Source: Clostridiaceae bacterium
GTDB taxonomy: Bacteria > Bacillota > Clostridia > Saccharofermentanales > DTU023
Reading direction: 5' to 3'
Assembly (NCBI GenBank): GCA_012799825.1
Contig: JAAZKK010000023.1
Span: 3,953-67,952 of the forward strand
DNA: 64,000 nucleotides
The notes beneath the pieces were generated by a model. That model did not search any database, was not told the DNA's origin, and worked only from the letters and a program-made list of their open reading frames with translations. The translations under genes were made by a program, and so were the position numbers. Below are positions 1 to 7,338 of the stretch, piece by piece (positions within the stretch are counted from its first letter, which is position 1; each line of letters starts with the position of its first letter).

Positions 1-1
1 A

Positions 2-358
2 TCGGCCAACAGGGAAGCGACACGACAGGAAATAGAGGCATTATCTCTTGTGATGGCAGACTTCGGCGTCAATTTCTCCGATGTTGCCGACAGTTCTCCC
101 AAGCAAGATCGAACACTTGCGGCTTGTGGCAAAGCGATACGTTATGCCGCCGAAAACAAAAACCTGTTGGATGAACTGTTGAGGACGAAGAAGCTGCCGA
201 TGGCAAAACTCGTTCGCGGTTCCGGTGTTGAGCGCAAAACTCTGGAACGCCATAGAAAATACATTCTTGCCATGCTTCTTATTCAGACGAACGGATATGA
301 GATTATTCGTGGCCATTTGAGGCGTGTGTTAAAACAGGAAGGGGGGATGTCAGCATGA
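2..358 (+). CDS. sigI: SigI-like RNA polymerase sigma factor, C-terminal part (5' end lies upstream of the window)
   Basis: The frame is open from nt 2, with no stop before the listed ATG at 50. The C-terminal KTLERHRKYILAMLLI segment resembles SigI-type region 4. The stop overlaps (ATGA) the start of an RsgI-type anti-sigma gene, which is the canonical sigI-rsgI arrangement. Confidence 0.55.
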   Translation, partial: SANREATRQEIEALSLVMADFGVNFSDVADSSPKQDRTLAACGKAIRYAAENKNLLDELLRTKKLPMAKLVRGSGVERKTLERHRKYILAMLLIQTNGYEIIRGHLRRVLKQEGGMSA

Positions 359-1404
359 AGTACATCGTCATGGAATGCTACCTAAGTTATGCTGTCGTTT
401 TAGATGAAGACGGTCGCTTTCTTAAGGTCGCAAATCGACAGTACGAAGTAGGACAGACGGTGACGGACGTCATCGAGATGCGTGTTCCCAAGTCAATCCC
501 TCAGAATAAGAAAATGAAGCGCTGGCTTGTTCCCGTTGCCGCGGTGGCCGCGTGCCTGATCATTGCACTGATATTTGTGCTTCAACTAGATCACCGTCCC
601 TTCGCTTCGATTTATATGAGCATTAACCCGGAGATCCGCATTGATGTCAATCGACACGATGTGGTTGTCGGATTGGAGGGTGTCAACGCAGATGGAGAGC
701 GCTTAATTGAATCATATAACTATAAGAAGAAGGATGTTGATACGGTTATAGGCGATCTGCTTGATCGAGCCATCGATATGGGTTATCTCCTTGAAGGGGG
801 ACAGATTGCATTCGTCTTTGATGCGGAAAGCGGCGAATGGGTCGTTTCCCGAAGTGATTCGCTTGAGAAATTCTTAAACGAACATCTCGGCAAAAAGATT
901 TCGGTAACCATCGTCCTGACCGATAAAAAGACCGATACAAATAAGGTTATTATTCCGGTCGTCCCGGGAGAAAGCGATCATAACGATTCAGAACATGGAG
1001 AAACTCAGCCGAGCAGCGCTCCTACTGTAAGCTCCGAAACGGATAACGGTGAAGACGATCCCGACGACATGGGTAATGATCCTGACAATGATGACGATCG
1101 CGACGACAATGACAATGATGATATTGATGATGACAATGACATCGATGATGATGACGACGGCAAGGATTCTGATGATGACATCGGTGATAACGATCCCGAT
1201 GACGATGATAACGACAATGGCAGCGATCCTGACGATGACGGCGATGATGACGACATCGACGATCCCGACGACATCGATGATGACGATCCAGATGACAATG
1301 ACGACGATTCCGATGACGATGATAACGACGATGACAGCGATCCTGACGACGATGACGATGATGACGACTTCGACGATCCCGACGACATCGATGATGACGA
1401 TTGA
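355..1404 (+). CDS. rsgI: RsgI-like anti-sigma-I factor with poly-aspartate C-terminal tail
   Basis: It has an RsgI_N-like cytoplasmic start (MKYIVMECYLSYAVVLDEDGRFLKVANRQYEVGQTV) and a single TM (WLVPVAAVAACLIIALIFVL). A juxtamembrane domain with Asn-Pro (SINPEI, nt 625-630) follows, then a ~120-aa D/N/P/I/G tail. The start overlaps the upstream sigma gene (ATGA). Confidence 0.75.
   Translation: MKYIVMECYLSYAVVLDEDGRFLKVANRQYEVGQTVTDVIEMRVPKSIPQNKKMKRWLVPVAAVAACLIIALIFVLQLDHRPFASIYMSINPEIRIDVNRHDVVVGLEGVNADGERLIESYNYKKKDVDTVIGDLLDRAIDMGYLLEGGQIAFVFDAESGEWVVSRSDSLEKFLNEHLGKKISVTIVLTDKKTDTNKVIIPVVPGESDHNDSEHGETQPSSAPTVSSETDNGEDDPDDMGNDPDNDDDRDDNDNDDIDDDNDIDDDDDGKDSDDDIGDNDPDDDDNDNGSDPDDDGDDDDIDDPDDIDDDDPDDNDDDSDDDDNDDDSDPDDDDDDDDFDDPDDIDDDD
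1030..1401. repeat. GAY-codon low-complexity tract with ~114-bp tandem duplication (encodes acidic tail of RsgI-like protein)
   Basis: The tract is nearly continuous gat/gac codons. The string cgacgatcccgacgacatcgatgatgacgat occurs at 1257 and again at 1371. The string ccgatgacgatgataacgac..cagcgatcctgac occurs at ~1195 and ~1309, so the period is 114 bp. Confidence 0.85.
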
Positions 1405-1674
1405 TATTTGAGTTTCATTAATTTCTACGGTTTTGATTTCATATTCTGTTTGCGCTTTTTTGCGTCTTTTCGCAAGTTATGTAAACCGAGATAACGGACT
1501 ATATGTGCGGCAAAGCACACGGAATGACGTGAGAAAACATACGGTAAACAGATGTTTAAAAATCCTTTTTCAGATGACCCCGGTTTTCAGAAAACTCGTC
1601 CGTAATCTATAAACGAAGGGTGAACAGAAGTTCACATCCGAACAACAAATGCTACAAAAGGAGAATCGTGCATT

Positions 1675-2619
1675 ATGAAAAAATCAATATTTAGAAGATC
1701 AACTTTCACAGTGGCTCTCGCCCTAGTTCTCAGCCTCTGCATGCTCGTTGGTTGTTCCAAGACACCGGCCAAGACAGATGGCAGTGAAAAAGTTGCCGGC
1801 GGCGGTGTACTGGTACTGAGCGTCAACCCGAAGATCGCCGTTCAATATGATGAAAATGGCAATGTAACCGCTGTGGATGCGCGTAACGAAGATGCAAAAG
1901 CGATCATTGAGAACTGTGGAGAGTTGGTGGGAAAAGAAACCCGCGAAGCAGTAGGGAAGCTAGTTGAAGCTATCGGTTCAGCAGGCTATTTTGTCGAAGA
2001 AATTGAAGGCGAAAATCGCAAGATCACGATTGAACTTGAAGAAGGTTCTAAGCTGCCGAGCGAAGCCTTTATAAAAGACATCGTCTCCGATATCCGAGAC
2101 TATATCAAAAGCAATGAATGGAATACTCTACTGGACGTTAAAGATGGAAGCGATTACGGTCTGACGGATGACGATGACATCAACGAAACAGACGACGACG
2201 ATGACATTGACGAAACAGACGACGATGACATTGACGAAACGGATGATGACGACATCGACGATGACGTTGACGAAACGGATGATGACGACATCGACGATGA
2301 CGATGATGACGACAAGGATTCCGATGACGACGATGACGATGACGACAAAGACGACGTCAAGGGTTCCAATGACGATGACGACGATGATGACGACGACAAA
2401 GACGACGTCAAGGGTTCCAATGACGATGATGACGATGACGACAAAGACGACAACAAGGATTCCGATGACGACGATGACGATGACGATAATGATGACGACA
2501 AGGATTCCGATGATGACGACGATGACGATGACGATAATGATGACGACAAGGATTCCGATGACGACGATGACGACGATCAGGATTCCGATGATGATGACGA
2601 CGAAGAAGATGACGATTGA
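1675..2619 (+). CDS. Lipoprotein with RsgI-juxtamembrane-like domain and poly-aspartate tail
   Basis: It has a signal peptide with lipobox LVGC (Cys27) and an aaggag RBS 11 nt upstream. The segment VLVLSVNPKIAVQYDENGNVTAVDARNEDAKAII..AIGSAGYF parallels IYMSINPEIRIDVNRHDVVVGLEGVNADGERLI..AIDMGYL of the neighbouring RsgI. The last ~150 aa are mostly Asp. Confidence 0.7.
   Translation: MKKSIFRRSTFTVALALVLSLCMLVGCSKTPAKTDGSEKVAGGGVLVLSVNPKIAVQYDENGNVTAVDARNEDAKAIIENCGELVGKETREAVGKLVEAIGSAGYFVEEIEGENRKITIELEEGSKLPSEAFIKDIVSDIRDYIKSNEWNTLLDVKDGSDYGLTDDDDINETDDDDDIDETDDDDIDETDDDDIDDDVDETDDDDIDDDDDDDKDSDDDDDDDDKDDVKGSNDDDDDDDDDKDDVKGSNDDDDDDDKDDNKDSDDDDDDDDNDDDKDSDDDDDDDDDNDDDKDSDDDDDDDQDSDDDDDEEDDD
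2160..2616. repeat. GAY-codon low-complexity tract with several short tandem repeats (encodes acidic tail of lipoprotein)
   Basis: An exact 38-nt copy, gacgacaaagacgacgtcaagggttccaatgacgatga, occurs at 2341 and 2392 (period 51 nt). The units IDETDDDD (x3) and DDNDDDKDSDDDD (x2) are also repeated. Confidence 0.85.
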
Positions 2620-2722
2620 GGAAGGATAACCTTTTAAACATTGTCATTGATTAATTTGCAAGATGATTGGACGATTTCAACTAGACTATGAAAGTTGTTC
2701 AATCAAGTTCCCCTCATGCTGA

Positions 2723-2757
2723 CTCACACGGTTTCTACCGTGTGAGCAGCTTTTTTT
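2723..2757 (+). terminator. Rho-independent terminator downstream of the lipoprotein gene
   Basis: The stem ctcacacgg / ccgtgtgag has a 6-nt loop and is followed by cagc and ttttttt. Confidence 0.7.
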
Positions 2758-2857
2758 GATACATTCCGCATCACATAGTCTCATGTGGTTGTCGCACTTG
2801 AAGGTGAGTTTTGCGGTATCAAGTTGTTCAAATGAAAAAAAAAGACTATGATGGACA

Positions 2858-2882
2858 AGAAATGCATAAGCATTTCTTTTTT
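2858..2882 (+). terminator. Second hairpin plus T-run about 100 nt after the first terminator
   Basis: The stem agaaatgc / gcatttct has loop ataa and runs into tttttt. It is preceded by an A-run, so it could act in both directions. Confidence 0.5.
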
Positions 2883-3088
2883 CTATGAAAGGGCGAGTAA
2901 CATCGGTCGGGCTGCAAATAAGATTTAATCTCATTCTTCCTGCCCGGAAGGGGCGAGGATATTCGTCGAGGATGGATGTTTATATCGAATCGATTGTTAA
3001 ATAATAGATGCCCTTACCGCATGAAGAGCAGAGATAGTGCGGTTCAGATCATTATTAACGTCATCGTGTAACAGAGGGGGGCTAGGCG

Positions 3089-4729
3089 ATGTCGATCATC
3101 AAGAAGCTTTTCTATAGAGTATTTCAGTTTTTACTGGTGGGTGTTGGCATGTCTTTTATGCCGCAGCCGAGTCCCAAATTGCTTACGGGAGTCGGTTGTA
3201 TCAAGGAGCTTCCTGCGTTTATCAAGGGGCGCGGTATTGATAAAGTCCTGATTGTAACCGATAAAGTGCTGTCTCAGATAGGACTTTTAGACAGCCTTTT
3301 TGAAGCATGTGATAAAGATAGACTATCGTATGTGCTTTACGATGAGGCGATCGTCAATCCCTCCATCGAATGCATTGAAAAAGCTTATGAGACGTATCGC
3401 GAACAAGGCTGTCAGGCTTTTATCGCTTTTGGCGGCGGCTCGGCGATGGATTGCGCGAAAGCGGCGGCTGCCCGTGTCGCAAGACCCAAGAAAAGTATTT
3501 CTCAGCTCGGCGGCACACTCAAAGTGCGGAGTTTCAAGGTGCCGCTGCTTTTTGCCGTTCCGACGACGGCCGGAACAGGTTCGGAAGCCACGCTGGCGGC
3601 AGTCGTGACCGACTACAGTACGCAACATAAGTATGCCATCCAAGATCCTTCGCTCTTGCCTAAATTTGCCGTGCTCGATCCCGAACTCACAGTCGGTCTC
3701 CCGCCGCATACGACAGCGACAACGGGACTTGACGCATTAACACACGCTATTGAGGCGTATACCAATAAATTCGCTCCAAGGTATACGCGACGTCTGTCAG
3801 AGAAAGCAACAAAACTTATTTTTGAGAATTTACCGAAAGTGTATCGAGACGGGAAAGATCATGAAGCACGTGCTAACATGCAGCTTGCCGCACTTTATGC
3901 GGGCAGGGCATTCAGTCGCGCCTGTGTAGGTTATGTGCATGCTATCGCCCATACTCTAGGCGGCCTTTACGGTACACCTCATGGCCTTGCTAATGCCGTC
4001 ATACTCCCTTACATCATGGAAGATTTCGGTTCTGCAGTGCATAAAAAGTTGGCACGCCTTGCCGATGTCGTCGGCATCGAAGGCAGCAATGACGAAGAGA
4101 AAGCAAAGGCCTTTATCGCAGCCATCAAGAAGATGGAACGCGATATGAACATCCCTGAAAAAATAGACGTCATCCAAGATGAGGACATTCCTAAAATGGT
4201 TCGATTTGCCATGAAAGAGGGCAACCCGCTTTATCCTGTTCCTGTTATCTGGGGGAAGGAGGAGTTTGTAAGAACCATAGAGCGCATTCGTTCGAAAGAT
4301 AGTAAGAGAGCTTATTTCATCAGCAAAAAATGTATAGGCTGCACCCTTTGCGCCAGAAACTGCCCCGTGTTTGCCATCGAGGGGAAACCGAAGGAAAGAC
4401 ACGTCATCAATCCGAAACGTTGCATTGAATGCGGTGTATGCGCCAATATGTGCAACGTGGGAGCCATACTTGATGCGGACGGGAGGGCCGCGAAGAAAAA
4501 ACCAAAGCAGGAATGGAAAAAACCTGTGATCGACGAAGAGCTTTGCAGCGCTTGTTCCATCTGCGTCCAAGCCTGCGGGAAGAATTGTATTCGTATTTCA
4601 TCTCCGAAGTATAAAGGTGACATTAATGTTCATGCTTATCTTGAAAATGAAAAACAGTGTGTCGGATGTGGCGTATGTGCCTTGCGTTGTCCGTTACACG
4701 CCATCACGATGAAGGGCGGTGAAGAATAA
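3089..4729 (+). CDS. Iron-containing alcohol dehydrogenase fused to a C-terminal 4x[4Fe-4S] polyferredoxin domain
   Basis: Residues ~25-400 match the Fe-ADH family (GGGSAMDCAK, HAIAHTLGG..HG). Residues ~410-546 carry four Cys motifs: CIGCTLCARNCP, CIECGVCANMC, CSACSICVQAC and CVGCGVCALRCP. A purine-rich RBS (gagggggg) lies upstream. Confidence 0.85.
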   Translation: MSIIKKLFYRVFQFLLVGVGMSFMPQPSPKLLTGVGCIKELPAFIKGRGIDKVLIVTDKVLSQIGLLDSLFEACDKDRLSYVLYDEAIVNPSIECIEKAYETYREQGCQAFIAFGGGSAMDCAKAAAARVARPKKSISQLGGTLKVRSFKVPLLFAVPTTAGTGSEATLAAVVTDYSTQHKYAIQDPSLLPKFAVLDPELTVGLPPHTTATTGLDALTHAIEAYTNKFAPRYTRRLSEKATKLIFENLPKVYRDGKDHEARANMQLAALYAGRAFSRACVGYVHAIAHTLGGLYGTPHGLANAVILPYIMEDFGSAVHKKLARLADVVGIEGSNDEEKAKAFIAAIKKMERDMNIPEKIDVIQDEDIPKMVRFAMKEGNPLYPVPVIWGKEEFVRTIERIRSKDSKRAYFISKKCIGCTLCARNCPVFAIEGKPKERHVINPKRCIECGVCANMCNVGAILDADGRAAKKKPKQEWKKPVIDEELCSACSICVQACGKNCIRISSPKYKGDINVHAYLENEKQCVGCGVCALRCPLHAITMKGGEE

Positions 4730-4731
4730 GC

Positions 4732-6645
4732 ATGGGACATCCGAAATTGAGATTGCCGAAGTATGCCATCATTGATTTAACGTCGGGAACAGCAGCCGAT
4801 TACCCCATCTCAGAGGAATTGTATAAAAAATATATCGGCGGCAAATCTCTGGGTTCAAGGCTTTTGTTTGATTTAGCGCCGCCACGTGTTGACCCGCTTT
4901 CGGCGGACAATGTGCTCATCGTCAACACAAGTCCTATGACCGGCACCGGAGCTGCCTCGACGAGTCGTTTCAATCTGTCATTTAAGAATGTCCTGACGGG
5001 CGGTATTGCGACGAGCAACTGCGGCGGCACATTCGGCATCATGCTCAAGGCGGCAGGCTATGACGGCATCATCTTAAAAGGGAAGGCGGAGCGTCCATCC
5101 TACATCGAAATTGTAGACGGTGCGATCAGTTTGAAGAATGCTGAACATCTGTGGGGTATGAATACAGAGGAAGTCCAGGAGCAGTTTGAACCGCATTGGG
5201 GCAAACTGGTAATCGGACCCGCTGGCGAGAACCTTGTGCGATATGCCAGTGCTGTTTCAGGCGAGCGTGTTGCCGGCCGCTGCGGCGCAGGCGCGGTAAT
5301 GGGTTCTAAGAAGATTAAGGCGATCATCGCTTTTGGCACGAAAAAGCCTTACATCTACGACAAGGAAAAATTTGATCAATATAACAAAAAATATATTCGA
5401 CTCCTAAGAGATCATCCTGTTACGGGGGAGGCGCTGCCAAAATACGGTTCCGCCTATTTTCTGAAAAATACGAATGCTTCGCATTCGCTGCCGACGAAGA
5501 ATTTTAAGATGGGGAAGTATGAGGACGCAGAGATGATAACAGGCGAAGCTTTAGCGGATACGTCTCTTACAAGAAATAGTGGCTGCGTCAGCTGCCCCAT
5601 TCGCTGCGAGCGCAGAGTGATGGTATACGGTAAAGAGGTTAAAGGTCCCGAATATGAAACGGTCGGCCTTCTCGGAGCCAATATTCTGAACAATGATCTT
5701 GATTTGATCAGCGAGTTAAATTACCTAGCCGACATATACGGTATGGACTCCATTTCGCTTGGCGGTACGCTCGCTTTTGCGATGGAATTGAAAGAAAAGA
5801 ATCTAGCCGATTTCGGTTTAAACTTCGGTTCGAAAGAGGGCATTATAGAAACGATTGACGCTATTGCTCACGGTGTCGGCACAGGGAAAGAGCTTGGACA
5901 GGGCACGAAGGTTTTAGCTGAAAAATATGGCGGAGATGACTTTGCCATTCACGCCAAAGGCTTGGAGTTGGCGTCTTATGAGCCGCGAACATCGGTCGGT
6001 ATGGGATTGGGTTATGCCACGTCGAATAGGGGCGGCTGCCATCTCAACGGCGGGTATCTTGCTCTCGTGGAAACCGTCATGCTTTCTGTTGATGCGCAGA
6101 CGCCCAAAGGAAAGGCGGAGCTCACCGTTCTTTTCCAAAACATGATCGAGGCGATTTCTGTTGCCGGGTACTGTCTTTTCACCGCCATAGCGGTCCTTCC
6201 AGGCCCTTTGCTTAAGTTGGGTCCAGCGCATCCTGTAAGTCGATTTGTCAACAAAATCCTGATTGGAGTCCGTTTTATTCTCGGGTCGCTGTGGAAGTTC
6301 ATGCCGAAATTGCTCCCTTTCAACATGCTCTATCTTTTGCCGCATTCAGAATCGTTGAAACTTGTCACAGGCATGCCGATAACTTCAGGCAAGTTCTTAC
6401 AAATTGGAGAGAGATGCTTCAATATCGAACGCCTTTTTAATCTCAGAGAGGGCTTAACAGCGGAAGACGACGATCTTTCTGCGAGGCTGACAAAGACACC
6501 TCAAGATCTGGATCGGCCCGACACGATCGTTCCGCTGGATAAGATGTTGCCGAAGTATTATAAGGTGCGTGGTTGGGATGAAAACGGCGTTCCTAAGAAG
6601 AAAAAACTAAGACAGCTTGGTATAGATATCGACATAAATATATGA
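4732..6645 (+). CDS. aor: Aldehyde:ferredoxin oxidoreductase (tungstopterin AOR family)
   Basis: The 637-aa protein has an AOR-family N-terminus (YAIIDLTSG..YIGGKSLGSRLL) and 4Fe-4S ligand region CVSCPIRC. It also has GLGYATSNRGGCHLNG and the C-terminal KYYKVRGWDENGVP. It starts 2 nt after the ADH stop. Confidence 0.85.
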   Translation: MGHPKLRLPKYAIIDLTSGTAADYPISEELYKKYIGGKSLGSRLLFDLAPPRVDPLSADNVLIVNTSPMTGTGAASTSRFNLSFKNVLTGGIATSNCGGTFGIMLKAAGYDGIILKGKAERPSYIEIVDGAISLKNAEHLWGMNTEEVQEQFEPHWGKLVIGPAGENLVRYASAVSGERVAGRCGAGAVMGSKKIKAIIAFGTKKPYIYDKEKFDQYNKKYIRLLRDHPVTGEALPKYGSAYFLKNTNASHSLPTKNFKMGKYEDAEMITGEALADTSLTRNSGCVSCPIRCERRVMVYGKEVKGPEYETVGLLGANILNNDLDLISELNYLADIYGMDSISLGGTLAFAMELKEKNLADFGLNFGSKEGIIETIDAIAHGVGTGKELGQGTKVLAEKYGGDDFAIHAKGLELASYEPRTSVGMGLGYATSNRGGCHLNGGYLALVETVMLSVDAQTPKGKAELTVLFQNMIEAISVAGYCLFTAIAVLPGPLLKLGPAHPVSRFVNKILIGVRFILGSLWKFMPKLLPFNMLYLLPHSESLKLVTGMPITSGKFLQIGERCFNIERLFNLREGLTAEDDDLSARLTKTPQDLDRPDTIVPLDKMLPKYYKVRGWDENGVPKKKKLRQLGIDIDINI

Positions 6646-6733
6646 GGCGGGGATGGCTTTATTCGGAATGGAAAGATTAAACGACTGCACCGGCTCGATG
6701 TAAAAGTGTGAGGCTAAGTGTGAGGGACATAAT

Positions 6734-6964
6734 ATGGCGAATATAAAATACTTTGGAAAATTGCGTACACTATGCGGCAAGAACGAAGACCGCATTGCCG
6801 CCAATAACCTCACGGAACTTTTGCGTGCGATTCAAAAGCTCTACGGCAAAGAGGCAAAAAAAGCTGCAAAGGCGGCTCTTATCACGGTCGATGGCGATAA
6901 AATCCTTTCAATCCGAAAGACAGCACTATCTGACGATTCAAAAGTCTCCTTTTACCCTGTTTAA
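6734..6964 (+). CDS. MoaD/ThiS-like beta-grasp protein lacking the C-terminal Gly-Gly
   Basis: This 76-aa protein begins IKYFGKLRTLCGK and ends DDSKVSFYPV-stop. That resembles the MoaD pattern (..FFA.LRE..G.., ..GDEVAFFPPVSGG), but the ORF stops before any SGG. Confidence 0.5.
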   Translation: MANIKYFGKLRTLCGKNEDRIAANNLTELLRAIQKLYGKEAKKAAKAALITVDGDKILSIRKTALSDDSKVSFYPV

Positions 6965-7338
6965 TTCTGTCATACAAGTCTTCGGTACAAGATTGCTCCG
7001 ATGATTTCTTTAATACATCGATATTATTCCTTTGATTAAGGTTGAATGCCTGATTAAACTGGACGACCCGCGATTCTCACTGTCCAAGTTACTTTGGCAT
7101 TCAGCTTTCCTTCGTTTAAGACGAGCTGCTCAAGGAAAGCCGCTCAGGATATGTGTAATCTGTGTTATGATATTTAGCGGTATTCTAGTTCGAATATCAG
7201 TCGTTTTTTTGCACAAACTGCTCTGAGCAGAGTATTGGCAAAGTTGATTTCTTGCACGCGTTACGTTGCAAGTAAAAAAGTTCAAATAGAAGCGTAAAAA
7301 AGATTAGCTTCAAAAAAATGTTACAAGGAGTTCACATC

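Noticed and set aside
1005-1418. A Ser-rich antisense ORF (137 aa) and a Met/Thr-rich +1-frame ORF (1049..1411) overlap the rsgI tail.
   Set aside because: They are frame shadows of the GAY-codon repeat. They are low complexity, lack an RBS, and lie entirely inside a gene whose N-terminal domains fix the reading frame.
2154-2647. Three alternative-frame or antisense ORFs (2154..2549 -, 2168..2629 +, 2408..2647 -) lie over the lipoprotein tail.
   Set aside because: The reason is the same: they are artefacts of the gat/gac repeat being open in many frames.
2686-2934. An 82-aa minus-strand ORF lies in the spacer before the ADH gene.
   Set aside because: It spans both terminator hairpins, has no RBS and no recognisable domain, and its composition looks non-coding.
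6753-7226. ORFs 6753..7004 (83 aa, overlapping the MoaD-like gene in another frame) and 7032..7226 (64 aa) lie in the spacer before the ACD gene.
   Set aside because: They have no RBS, unusual composition and no motifs. The MoaD-like frame explains the first region better.
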